This document shows positions 41,471 to 53,706 of a stretch of DNA of 64,000 nucleotides, one piece after another. Below the pieces are notes generated by a model. That model saw only the letters and a list, made by a program, of their open reading frames with translations, ran no database searches and had not been told where the DNA came from. The DNA is from Octopus vulgaris (lineage: Eukaryota): NCBI GenBank assembly GCA_951406725.2, contig OX597827.1, forward strand, positions 47,058,001-47,122,000. Direction: 5' to 3'. How positions within the stretch are numbered: position 1 is the first letter of the stretch; every line of letters begins with the position of its first letter. The translations under genes and the position numbers were made by a program.

Positions 41471-41531
<61 letters not shown>

Positions 41532-41806
41532 ACCAAGTAAGTTAGGGGTTGTGGATCCAACCCACTAAGGGATAATACTTATCCAATATACTGTTGGTAT
41601 AAAACCCAAATTCTTAAAACAAGTGTTTTTAATTGCAATTCAATAAACTTACTTATTGTATTAAATGGGTGAAGGTAAGGAAATATTTTATCATTAATTT
41701 ATATTACTAATATGAAAATGGAGAAGCACATTACTTGGTTTATCAGCTTTAGGATATTAGAATGTTGACTTATTTATTTATCAAAACGACAACCATAATA
41801 ACATAC

Positions 41807-41846
<40 letters not shown>

Positions 41847-41849
<3 letters not shown>

Positions 41850-41949
41850 GACGGGGTTCTTTCAGTTTCCGTCTACCAAATCCACTCACAAGGCTTTGGT
41901 CGGCCCTAGGCTAGAGCAGAAAAAAACCTTCCAAGGTGCTACGTAGTGG
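41847..41949 (-). mobile_element. CORE-like SINE fragment
   Basis: cgacgggg.ttctttcagtttccgtctaccaaatccactcacaaggctttggtcggcc. Confidence 0.75.
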
Positions 41950-41961
41950 CATATATATATT

Positions 41962-42008
<47 letters not shown>

Positions 42009-42185
42009 ATGTGTGTGTGTGTGTGTGTGTGCATGAGTGTACGTGCATGTGTGTATTATAATTGTTCTTATAATTGAAAGTATTATTCTGAAACATTACT
42101 TAAAAATCCACAGCAGGTTCTTTATATCATTCCTTGCTTCCGTGTCAACTATATAATCTCTGTCTTTATCTTTCTTGCTCTCTCT

Positions 42186-42392
42186 CTCCTTCTTCTTTTT
42201 CTTCTTCTTCACCATCATCGTCATCGTCATCGTCATCATCTTCTTCTTCTTCTTCTTCTTCTTCTTCTTCTTCTTCTTCTTGATCTTGTTCTTGTTCTTC
42301 TTGCTCTTGTTGTTGTTGTTGTTGTTGTTGTTGTTCTTCTTCTTCTTCTTCTTCTTCTTCTTCTTCTTCTTCTCCTCCTCCTCCTCCTCCTG
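42186..42392. repeat. Compound trinucleotide microsatellite (CTT/CAT/GTT/CCT)
   Basis: Direct reading. Explains the poly-E/K/F ORFs. Confidence 0.95.
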
Positions 42393-42746
42393 CTTCACCC
42401 ATCTCCCTATTTCTTTGTCTCTGTCTGTCTTTCACACTCACGTACACAAGCATACAGATATAAACCATTTACCAGGAAACAGTTGGCAGTTCCTTCGCAG
42501 TTTCCTGTGTGTTGCGTTCATCAGTCCTGTATGCGATAGATTCAATTTATGAATATATTACATTACTGAAAGGTATAGAGTGATCGTATACTGCTATGGT
42601 TCATTGTCTATAGGGATAACCATAAATAATACAAACATTTACGTGTGTATGCGTGCTCGCATATATATGTTAGTGTGTATATGCGCGTGTATGTGTGTGA
42701 CTATGTGTGTATATTTATATGCATGTTTATGCATATATATATATAC

Positions 42747-42806
<60 letters not shown>

Positions 42807-43203
42807 TGAGGGAGATAAATTAATATTAATTTTAATATCAATTTAAAACCAGTAGTCTAGCATACAAAAAATCTGAGAAATCAGAGAAAATTCTAATATA
42901 TGTGTATACATATATATTCGAATTTTCTCAGATTTTTTGTATGCTAGACTACTGGCATTGATATTAAAATTAATACTAATTTATCTCCCTCATTATTTAA
43001 ATATTGAAATAAATACGTTCTCTAGTAGCAAGCACTAACGGCAGTGAATTATTTACTGCAGTTCTTCGCTTCAGGAATTTTTTAGCGCGCCGGAACTAAG
43101 ACATTTGAAATTCTATACCTAATGTAATCGGTAAAACTAAACACGTGTCTGTTTTGGCACAGAAAGCTGGGGTTAGTTTTTCAAATTGCATTTACACTGA
43201 ACG

Positions 43204-43280
43204 ATTGTACTGATGAGGCCACGGACATTTGAATTATGTAAGTAATTATTTTGTTAAAGGCCGAAACCGAGGTATGCAAT
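43204..43280 (+). ncRNA. Type I hammerhead ribozyme, unit 1
   Basis: attgta-CTGATGA-ggcc-(loop)-ggcc-GAAA-ccgagg-TA-tgcaat. Predicted cleavage after 43274. Confidence 0.85.
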
Positions 43281-43749
43281 TAATTCTGTTTTTTATATAA
43301 ATATTCATCTGTCCTGCCCGCCAAATTTGGTTCTGGTGATCGCTGAATTTTTCCTCTAGAGAACTTTCTTTGTAGTTTGATCGTTGATGATCTATTTCTA
43401 GCATACGGCCGACTACCTAGCAGTCTTGCCCTGCCAATAATACACATATATTAGAATTTTCTCTGATTTCTCAGATTTTTGTATGCTAGACTACTGGTTT
43501 TAAATTGATATTAAAATTAATATTAATTTATCTCCCTCATTATTTAAATATTGAAATAAATACGTTCTCTAGTAGCAAGCACTAACCGCAGTGAATTATT
43601 TACTGCAGTTCTTCGCTTCAGAAATTTTTTAGCGCGCCAGAACTAAGACATTTGAAATTCTATACCTAATGTAATCGGTAAAACTAAACACGTGTCTGTT
43701 TTGGCACAGAAAGCTGGGGTTAGTTTTCAGAATGCATTTACACTGAACG

Positions 43750-43826
43750 ATTGTACTGAGGAGGCCACGGACATTTGAATTATGTAAGTAATTCTTTTGT
43801 TAAAGGCCGAAACCGAGGTATGCAAT
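43750..43826 (+). ncRNA. Type I hammerhead ribozyme, unit 2
   Basis: Same fold, core CTGAGGA (change at variable position 7). Cleavage after 43820. Confidence 0.85.
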
Positions 43827-44294
43827 TAATTCTGTTTTTTATATAAATATTCATCTGTCCTGCCTGCCAAATTTGGTTCTGGTGTTCGCTGAATTTTTCC
43901 TCTAGAGAACTTTCTTTGTAGTTTGATCGTTGATGATCTATTTCTAGCATACGGCCGACTACCTAGCAGTCTTGCCCTGCCAATATACACATATATTAGA
44001 ATTTTCTCTGATTTCTCAGATTTTTGTATGCTAGACTACTGGTTTTAAATTGATATTAAAATTAATATTAATTTATCTCCCTCATTATTTAAATATTGAA
44101 ATAAATACGTTCTCTAGTAGCAAGCACTAACCGCAGTGAATTATTTACTGCAGTTCTTCGCTTCAGGAATTTTTAGCGCGCCGGAACTAAGACATTTGAA
44201 ATTCTATACCAAATGTAATCGGTAAAACTAAACACGTGACTGTTTTGGCACAGAAAGCTGGGGTTAGTTTTTTAGATTGCATTTACATTGAACG

Positions 44295-44371
44295 ATTGTA
44301 CTGATGAGGCCACGGACATTTGAATTATGTAAGTAATTCTTTTGTTAAAGGCCGAAACCGAGGTATGCAAT
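44295..44371 (+). ncRNA. Type I hammerhead ribozyme, unit 3
   Basis: Same fold, core CTGATGA. Cleavage after 44365. Confidence 0.85.
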
Positions 44372-44504
44372 TAATTCTGTTTTTTATATAAATTTTCATC
44401 TGTCCTGCCCGCCAAATTTGGTTCTGGTGTTCGCTGAATTTTTCCTCTAGAGAACTTTGTAGTTTGATCGTTGATGATCTATTTCTAGCATACTCGCCCT
44501 GCCA

Positions 44505-44570
<66 letters not shown>

Positions 44571-44575
<5 letters not shown>

Positions 44576-44831
44576 GGGTTCAGCAAAAATTGCTTTGCCA
44601 CACACCGAACTTTTAGAGATAGCAGCCAAAGAATATAGCTATTTCCTCTACTTTAATTCTTTGGCTGCTATTTCTAAAAGTTCGGTGTGTGGTAAAGCAA
44701 TTTTTGCTGAACCTTAATTATATAAAATAATGTTTAAATTTACCGTAAACGGTCCTTTTACATACTGAACACTGCTTGGTAAAATTATTAATTACTTATT
44801 AATTAATTAATTTTACCTTTATTATTATTGA

Positions 44832-44834
<3 letters not shown>
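44571..44834. mobile_element. (TA)n-embedded fold-back derivative of the PLE terminus family (767-972, 38335-38655)
   Basis: Hairpin arms 44571-44634 / 44656-44719, then the reverse complement of block A (ggtccttttacatactgaacact...aattttacc). Confidence 0.75.
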
Positions 44835-44878
<44 letters not shown>

Positions 44879-45024
44879 TATATTTGTATGTATATGTATA
44901 TAGATGTATACATACACACACATGCGGCCCTGCGAGCACACACACACACACACACAAACACATAACTACTATACCCTGTGTAGCTGTAGCTTATGATTAT
45001 CCGCGCAGTAGCATGTGTATGTCT

Positions 45025-45349
45025 AGGAGTGTAATCGTGGCACTCCGTCGGTTGCGACGACGAGGGTTACAGTTGATCTGATCAACGGAACAGCTTGCTC
45101 GTCAAATTAACGTGCAAGTAGCTGAGCACTCCGCAGACACGTGCACCCTTAATGTAATTCTCAGGGAGATTCTGCGTGACACAGAGTGTGACAAGGCTGG
45201 CCCCTTCGAAATACAGGTACAACGGAAGCAGAAAGAAGGAGTATGAGAAAGTTGTGGTGAAAGACTAACAATGCCTGGTCTGGGAATCGAAACTGCGATC
45301 CTACGACCGCGTGTTCGCTGCCCTAACCACTGGCTCATTGCGACTCCAC
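45025..45349 (-). mobile_element. tRNA-derived SINE
   Basis: Minus strand tggagtcgcaatgagccagtggttagggcagcg...gcagtttcgattccc. Body ...gtctgcggagtgctcagctacttgcacgttaattt...gttccgttgatcagatcaactg, whose 3' part also occurs at ~6240-6342 (+). Confidence 0.75.
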
Positions 45350-45443
45350 AGAAGTGTAATACAGTATATTGAGTTCTAAATAAATGACTATACATATGTT
45401 CTGTTGAGGCACATTACTATCTAATCATTATATGTGTGTGTGT

Positions 45444-45500
<57 letters not shown>

Positions 45501-45504
<4 letters not shown>

Positions 45505-46785
45505 TTGATTTTGATTTTGATTTTTGATTTTTCCAGTTTCAGCTTATGAGCTGTGGCCATGCTGGGGCACCGCCATTTGGTGTTGCTACTTGGTTTCACT
45601 TCATGAAGGCTTTCTAGCAACTGCTATTTGGTGCATGAGAGAGTTCGATGCAGCTGCCCTCATCTGCCCCTCCTGCCGTGAAGTTGGTTCATCTGGGACA
45701 CCTGACAGGAAGAGATCCAGCTTCATTTTAAAGACATCTGTATCCACCCCATGCAGGTCTCTCAGGTTCTTCCGGAGGATATTGAAGAGCTGTGGGCCTC
45801 GGAAGCCCAGGCTATCACAGAATCTTGTCCTACATCTTGATGGCAAGTTTGGAGTCCTAGGCACCACACAGTGGCGCCCAGTTCTGGCATTTGCGTAACT
45901 CTCGATGCCAAAGTTCAGGACACTTCCCTCCAGGATCTTCCAGATGTATATTATGGCATATCTTTCCCGCCTACGCTCCAGGGAATATAATTTTAATTTC
46001 CTGAGTCTTTCCCAGTAGCTTACATTCTGCATAGAGGCTATCTTCTTCGTGTAGCTACGTTGGATCGCCTCGAGCTCTGTGATCAACTTGACACTGGATG
46101 GTGACCATAACTGAGAGCAGTAGTCAAAGTGGCTTAGGACAAGTGTCCTCCAGAGGACCATCATGGTTTCTTGTTCTCTTGTTCTAAAGGTTCTGAGGAT
46201 CCATCCGGCCAGTCGTCTACATTTCATTGCCAATTTAGCAACATGTACACGAAAGGTCGCGTCATCACTCATGTAAATACCTAGGTCACGCACTGATTGT
46301 GCCTCTGGGATTGCTATTCCTCTGGGTCCAGTGTATTCATTGGGTATTGCATTTAGTTTTGCATGCTGATAGTATAGAGCTTGAAACTTTTCAGCATTGA
46401 ACTGCATGCTATTCTTTTCGGCCCACTTGTATATTTTGTCTAGCTCACATTGCAGGTGTTTAGTGTCCTCAGGGTTCTGTATTGCCTGTGAAACTTTTGT
46501 ATCATCTGCATAACTTGTGATCGTGGCTCTCTGCGTGGCTGAGGGCATGTCTGAGAGGGCCATTATGAACAGTAGTGGTCCCAGAACAGTGCCCTGCGGA
46601 ACACCGCTCACTATTTGCGTGTTAATGGAAGTGGCCCCATTGACCACTACCACCTGACTTCTATCTTTCAGAAAGTCATGAAGCCATTCTCCCAGTTTTC
46701 CAACTATGTTGAGATCACGCAGTTTGTGACATATCATTCCATGATCGACTTTATCAAAGGCCTTTGCAAAGTCGAGATATATCAC
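45501..46785 (-). mobile_element. 5'-truncated LINE (CR1/L2 group) with 3' UTR and (ATCAAA)n tail, inserted in (TA)n
   Basis: ORF2 fragment followed by ~70-nt UTR and tandem tail 45501-45530. (TA)n on both flanks. Confidence 0.92.
45601..46785 (-). CDS. LINE ORF2 reverse transcriptase, C-terminal 394 aa (5' truncated, no stops)
   Basis: IYLDFAKAFDKVDH, SGVPQGTVLGPLLF, SYADDTK, MQFNAEK, VRDLGI, DYCSQLWSP, SYWERLRKLKLYSLERRRER. Confidence 0.92.
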   Translation of the reverse strand: MIYLDFAKAFDKVDHGMICHKLRDLNIVGKLGEWLHDFLKDRSQVVVVNGATSINTQIVSGVPQGTVLGPLLFIMALSDMPSATQRATITSYADDTKVSQAIQNPEDTKHLQCELDKIYKWAEKNSMQFNAEKFQALYYQHAKLNAIPNEYTGPRGIAIPEAQSVRDLGIYMSDDATFRVHVAKLAMKCRRLAGWILRTFRTREQETMMVLWRTLVLSHFDYCSQLWSPSSVKLITELEAIQRSYTKKIASMQNVSYWERLRKLKLYSLERRRERYAIIYIWKILEGSVLNFGIESYANARTGRHCVVPRTPNLPSRCRTRFCDSLGFRGPQLFNILRKNLRDLHGVDTDVFKMKLDLFLSGVPDEPTSRQEGQMRAAASNSLMHQIAVARKPS

Positions 46786-46850
<65 letters not shown>

Positions 46851-46868
46851 TGTATAAATATAAATATA

Positions 46869-47014
46869 TGTGGCTGTGTGTTAAGTAGATTGCTTACCAC
46901 ACAGGTTTAGTCCCACTGCATGGCACCTTGGGAAAGTGTCTTCTAATATACCCTCGGACCGACCAAAGCTTTGTGAGTGGATTTGGTAGACGAAAACTGA
47001 AAGAAGCCCATCGT
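46869..47014 (+). mobile_element. CORE-like SINE head
   Basis: gtggctgtgtgttaagtag...gcaccttgggaaagtgtcttcta...gaccaaagctttgtgagtggatttggtagacg. Confidence 0.8.
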
Positions 47015-47066
47015 ATATACATACATATATATTATTATATGTATGTGTGTATGTATGTATGCATGC

Positions 47067-47215
<149 letters not shown>

Positions 47216-48151
47216 CATACATGCACCCGAAACCATGTGTTTGGGAACCAATCTTCTTATCACAAAGCCACGCTTGTAGTATAACTTCATCTTACATTGC
47301 GTGTCGTATTAAAGCGTTTGTACAATGACCGCAATATCAATTTTCAATTCATTCAAAATATTAACAATTTATGTTTTTATAAATTCTGATTTAAATCCGA
47401 CTGTAAGAAATACACAAAAGAGAAGAAATGATATTATATAAGGTTTATGGTGTGTTTTGAACATTATAAATGGTGGTAAGTGTGAATAATGTGTTTATAG
47501 TTGTCAACGAAAACAATTCGCGCCAGCACTTAAGCGTACAATGTAAATAATTTTTTTATAGTGTTGGCTAGTCATTTAGATGGGCAGACAAACAAACAAA
47601 CAAACTATGAAATAGACAGTTAGATAAGTATTTAAAAGATTTTTGAAATATTTCAAATTATATTATTATACTTTCCACTAATAGGTTTTACGATATGAAA
47701 GAGTGTATATTTCTATATTGTATACAATTAAACAATTGTATAACACGAAATATATATATATATATATATGTGTGTATGAATGTATATATGTATATGTATA
47801 TATATATATACTGAGAAGCTATTAGTGTAAAGTATATTTTATTTATAAAGGAGATATAGAATTCGAACAAAATGATCACAGATGTATGTAAATTTTTAAG
47901 TAATGAAATTTTGACGTTCATAGGTTACATAAAGCCATATGTAATTGAAAAAATAGGAAAGTAAATGAAAATAATTACTGCCGAAAGCCAAAATAGTATT
48001 GTATTCTGTGTTTGTTTTGCATTTTACTGTGTACACAACGCCAGTCGTCTAGTTACGTATAGATTCTTACAGGATATTCTGTAAGGCGAGGTAATTATTT
48101 TTTTTCGTTTTGAAGAAGATAATTAGTATAATATTCTATTATTGACAAACA

Positions 48152-48247
48152 GGCGCGGCAGTGTAGTCAGAAGTTTGCTTTCCAGCCACATTGCTACGGG
48201 TTCAGTCCCACTGCGTGACACCTTGGGCAAGTGTCTTCTACTATAGT
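48152..48247 (+). mobile_element. CORE-like SINE head abutting the Tc1 fragment
   Basis: gggttcagtcccactgcgtgacaccttgggcaagtgtcttctactatag. Confidence 0.75.
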
Positions 48248-48249
48248 CT

Positions 48250-48983
48250 TCTGCTACTTTCAAAAAGAAAAGTTGCGAAGCATTTAGAGTGGAGTAAAAA
48301 CTTACAGAATTCGTCCCTAGAGCAGTGGAAGAATGTTATTTTCTCGGACGAGTCATCCTTCTCCTTATTTCCGACCACTGGCCGAGTATACGTGTTGAGA
48401 CAGCCAAAAGAAGCATTTAACCCAGACTGCCTTCTTTCAACTGTTAAACATGGAGGAGGATCTTTGATGATCGGGGTGGGGGTGGGGGGGCTATATCTTG
48501 GAAATCTGCCGGCCCAATGTTTTCCCTTCGTGGCAGACTTAATAGTAAAGACTATTTAAGCATTTTATCTGATCAAATGCATTCTATGTTTGGGGAACTG
48601 CTTCCGGAGGGAAACGCAGTCTTTCAGGATGATAATGCACCAATTCACACAGTTAAATTTGTTACTAAATGGCACGAGGAACATTCTAGTGACGTTGAAC
48701 ATCACATCTGGCCACCACAGTCCCCAGATCTTAATATTATTGAACATTCGTGGTGCATTTTAGAAGAAACAAGTAGTTGATATTCCTCCACCATCATCAC
48801 TACAGGAACTGGAGACTGTTTTAGCTGAAGAATGGACAAAAATTCCTTTGGAAACAATTCAAATTTTGTATGTAGAATTCAAGCTGTAATTACTGCTAAA
48901 GTTGGTTCTACCCCATATTAAAATAAATTTGTTTTATAAATAAATAAATTTTAAGGTGTTTCCATTATTTTGTCCAATCCCTG
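48250..48983 (+). mobile_element. 3' half of a decayed Tc1-like transposon
   Basis: QWKNVIFSDESSF, TVKHGGGS, FQDDNAPIH, WPPQSPDLNIIEH across a frameshift. Right end ...ttttgtccaatccctg|TA. Confidence 0.88.
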
Positions 48984-50166
48984 TATATATGCTTATGTAT
49001 ATCTATGTGTGTGCGTGAAAAATCTTTATTTGCATCGTGTACAGTGAGATCTGAGATCATTATTTGTATAATTTTATTTAATTTAGCCAGTCAGGTTCGA
49101 AGGCAAAATATGCTGCTCGTAGTAGTGTACGTCTTAGGAGAATAACTTCTCCTAAGACGGCTTATTGTCGCATACGTACATAGAAATGTGTGTAAGCTTG
49201 TGTCTGTCTGTGTGTCTATCTGTATGTATCTATGTCATTGCTCAGTTTTATTTCAAGATTTCTTACCAATAGAGAAAGAGCCGCTTTCTAACCTAGATTC
49301 ATTGGAATTTTAACATCAAGAACAGGGTATTTTTGTATGAATGTATGTATACGACCAAATTTCTATGTTTTGTTTTATGTATGTTTGTAAATATGTACGT
49401 ATGTATGTATGTAATGCCTAGAAAATATTTTAAGATTTGGTTTGTTAAGATTTATATCATAGCGATAGTGTGCTAGACTGCACGACATGATGTCGATTAC
49501 AAATCACAAAGAAACAAATTATTTAGCCTCATATCTTTCTTTCGACGTCACAATCCAACGATATTCATCAATTAATACGCACCGGAAAACAAAATCACAT
49601 ACCTCTTCAGCAATAAGAAGAAAACAACAAAAAATTTCTTTATAAATGAAAAATCCAATTTGACGCAATATATATAGAATGTGACAATGTCGGCATTGAG
49701 TCAATAACAATTAGTCTGAGACACTGACCGGAAGTTCTAGAATAGCTTATCTGATTTCCGGCTAGCCAGAAAAGACACGTTCTTTGTTTGATCATTCGTG
49801 TTAACTTAAAGCAATTGTCTATCAACTAAATACCGAACTCATCATGTGCAAGTCCAGATATTTTTACCCGATAAAAGGCGTAATTTTTTCTAATTTACTG
49901 ACTGATAAATTAAATGTTCGTTCGACGTTATTACTATGATGGAAAAATGCGGACTATTTACACGGACGTTGCTCAGATTAACTTTCAATCGTTCAGGCAC
50001 ATTATGAATAAATGTTCTATAGGACATGCCGCCAAATACATATGAATATGTTTATATATGTATGTATGTGTGTGCGCGTGTGTGTGTATATATATGAATA
50101 TAGATAGAGATAGATATGTACATCTATATATGTATAGGTGAGAAAGTTGGTGTGTGAAAGCACGTG

Positions 50167-50491
50167 AAAATAGAAAAGAGTGAAAAAACTACAGAAGGCT
50201 TGTTTTATGAGGTTAAAGAATATATTTAAGTCGTTATGTTAGAAAAATGCTATAAAATTTTCTGTATAGTAACATAGTTTTTGGAGAAAAACGGTTTCGT
50301 GTAAACTTTTCAATTTCTCAAAGTTCTTTACCTACATCGTGTCATGTCTTCGTTATGAAGTGCCTGTTTTTCTCCAAAAACTATGTTACTATACACAAAA
50401 TTTTATAACATTTTTCTAACATAACGACTTAAATATATTCTTTAACCTTATAAAACAAGCCTTCTGTAGTTTTTTCATTCTTTTCTATTTT
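50167..50491. repeat. Fold-back element (~125-bp arms) ending in (TA)n; family of 26050-26238
   Basis: 50167-50292 is the reverse complement of 50366-50491. The spacer is the reverse complement of sequence related to 26050-26110. Confidence 0.85.
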
Positions 50492-50534
50492 TTTATATAT
50501 ATGTATATATATTTATCTACATATATATATATAC

Positions 50535-50611
<77 letters not shown>

Positions 50612-50854
50612 CTTGTTTCTTTTATCTTTAGTTTTTACACTCATTGGAAAGAGGTGATGCAGGGCACGGGCTTGAAAGTTTAACGCGAACGAATTTACTC
50701 CAGAGCAATCTCTTTAACGCGTGTACTTACCCTGCCAGAATCTTTTGTTGTACCGCTTATGTTACACAGATCTAAACAAACCAACACCGGCAGACATATC
50801 CATACGCACGCACACACACATACACACACACGCACACACACACACATATATATA

Positions 50855-51070
50855 TTCTGTTGCTCTTTTACACCATTACGTTTCAATAATTTGACTGCGG
50901 CCATGCTCGAGCACCGCCTATAGTCGAACAAATCGACACCAGGACTTATTGCTTGGAAGCCAAGTACTTATTCCATTGGCCTCTTTTGCCGAACCTCTAC
51001 GTTTCGAGGACATAAACACACCAACATCGGTTGTGAATCGATGGTGGGGGTACAAACACAGACACAGAGA
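50855..51070 (-). mobile_element. SINE 3' part with LINE-like tail
   Basis: Minus strand ccgatgttggtgtgtttatgtc...gtcgatttgttcgactataggcggtgctcgagcatggccgcagtcaaatta. Confidence 0.75.
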
Positions 51071-51079
51071 CATACACAT

Positions 51080-51138
<59 letters not shown>

Positions 51139-51181
51139 TTATATATGTATATATAGACATATATATATGTATATATATGTG

Positions 51182-51228
<47 letters not shown>

Positions 51229-51339
51229 TGTATACACATACACACACATACACACAAATATATAGATACATACACACGTATAGAGACACATATAAATAGA
51301 TAGATAGATAGACAAATGTAATTTTCTCTCTCTCTATAC

Positions 51340-51422
<83 letters not shown>

Positions 51423-51907
51423 GTGTTTGTATATGGTGTGGCGTGCGAGGTGTGTATACGTTATTAATTCGGACGAAAATAAATACTAAAGCTTCTTTTC
51501 ATTCCAGTTTGACTGCTGTCAATTAACTCCGAGGTCACGTATACGCAGTCTCTCGTTCTGCTGTAAATAGCAACACATAACCCTGAGGCATACCACATTG
51601 GTGAATGTAATACGGTAGGGAGTACATCTCACTGAAGAATAGAATCATGATTGGTTGGATTGATGAAGGCAGACGTGAAGCTAAAGAGCAACAACAAACT
51701 GTGTTTCTCTTTTGCGCTCATTACGGCGAAACAAATACTTTATTGTCAAGTGGGAAAAGCGTTTTCGCTTTGATATTGCTGTTGAAAGTTGGACTAGCTG
51801 AAAGTTAGATTGTATAGTATAGAACTATAATCAAAAGCATTCAATGAATGTCCCTCCTGTCATTTATTTTGAAATATTATTATCATTTATTAATATCCTT
51901 TGATATG

Positions 51908-52545
51908 AGGCGGCGAAATGCGTAGCCGTATTTCGTCTGACGTTACGTTCTGAGTTCAAATTCCGCCGATGTCGACTTTGCTTTTCATCCTTTCGGGGTC
52001 GATAAATTAAGTACCAGTTACGCACTGGGGTCGATATAATCGACTTAATCCGTTTGTCTGTCCGTGTTTGTCTTCTCTGTGTTTAGCCCCTTGTGGGTAA
52101 TAAAGAAATAGGTATTTCGCCTGCCGTTACGTTCTGAGTTCAAATTCCGCCGAGGTCGACTTTGCCTTTCCTCCTTTCGGGGTGTGATTAAATATGTACC
52201 AGTTACGCACTTTGGTCGACCCGAGGCTATAGTAAAAGACACATGCCCAAGGTGCCACGCAGTGGGACTGAACCCGGAACCATGTGGTTCGTAAGCAAGC
52301 TACTTACCACACAGCTACTCCTACGCCTATATATATCTGTATTCGTGTGTCTACTTTTGTCCCCCCACCGTCGTTTCACAACCGATGTGGGTATGTTTAT
52401 GTCCCCATAATTTAGCGGTTGGACAAAAGAGACCAATAGAATAAATACTAGGCTTACAATGAATAAGTCCTGTTGTCGATTTGTTCGACTAAAGGCGGTG
52501 CTCCAGCATGGCCGCAGTCAAATGACTGAAAGAAGTATAAGAGTA
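51908..52545. mobile_element. SINE cluster: MetaSINE-like (+, 51908-52211), CORE-like head (-, 52212-52325), SINE 3' part (+, ~52338-52545)
   Basis: Matches to the families at 5749, 57172 and 57360. Confidence 0.8.
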
Positions 52546-53639
52546 AATACTTAGTGTTTGTCTGATGGCTCTAACGAATCCGTTGGTCCACAGCAATCAC
52601 CGATAGCCATAATGAAGAAGATAATGGTTTTTGTTTTAGGCACAAGGCAAGCAATTTTGAAGGAAGAGTGATTAGTGTATTATATCGACTTCATTATTTG
52701 ATTGGCGTTTTAGTTTATCGACCTTTGAAGCATGAAGAAAGATGTTGACCTAGGTGGGATTTGAACTCAGAGCGTAGAAAATTGGAATCAATGCTGTTTA
52801 GTGCTTGTCCGATGCTCTAACGAATCTGTCAATCCACTGCATTGAAAGATGTTCACAAAGATGATAATAATGATAAGAAAGCCAAAAAAAAAAGAGCGCG
52901 GTAAAGCGAGATTGAAAAGTTTGAATAACATAATAAATAATACAAGTGTCTTCAGAGACAAGAGAAAGAAGAAAAAAACAGTGAACGAGGAATGAGGGAG
53001 ACACATCAGAAGCTCGCTGACAAAAAAAAAATATTAAAAACAAATTAAATCAATCATCATAACTAGTATAAGAAAGTGACGAAATATAAAATATACAGCG
53101 ATAAATTAAAAAAAATAAGAGCATGAACACGGAAAAAGAATTATCAGCTGTGAAAAACTAAGATAGGGAAAAAAAAAACGTATGCTTTTCATGCAGCTAA
53201 CTACGTGTGTAGATGACTCTAGGAAGAAATACATGCCGATAAAAAAGTTGCATACGAAATACTGTAGTATTAAAATACAAATGAAAATCTACATCATATA
53301 TCATTGAATATCTGACGAGAGAAATGTGGAATAAAAACTAGATGGCTAAGTGAGACAATTTAATGATAAAAAAAATATCAAATAAATATTTTCCCTCGAT
53401 AATAACAGCGTGTTTACGTATGACAGTCAAAACGGTCCAGTTAAAAGGAGACAAGACAGCAATTTAATCATTTACTAGAAATGATTTATAACTTAATAAA
53501 AACATAAAAACAAAATATAAACCACGCAAAAAACAACAACATTCCATTAGTTTCTTTCACATCTAATCATAAGTTATAATGATCCTCATGAAGGTGTATA
53601 TGTGTGTGTGTGAGTATGCATGCGTGTGTGTTTTTTTTA

Positions 53640-53706
<67 letters not shown>

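Larger units (their letters stand above)
42801..44507 (+). mobile_element. Retrozyme-like tandem array: inverted ~107-bp head + 3 x ~545-bp non-coding units, each with a hammerhead, in (TA)n
   Basis: Near-identical units start ~42908, ~43440 and ~43985. 42801-42907 is the reverse complement of the unit start. No ORF is listed in the units. Confidence 0.9.

Noticed and set aside
42908-44507. CRISPR array or simple satellite
   Set aside because: Units are ~545 bp and wholly repeated with no unique spacers; eukaryotic context; better explained as an HHR tandem.
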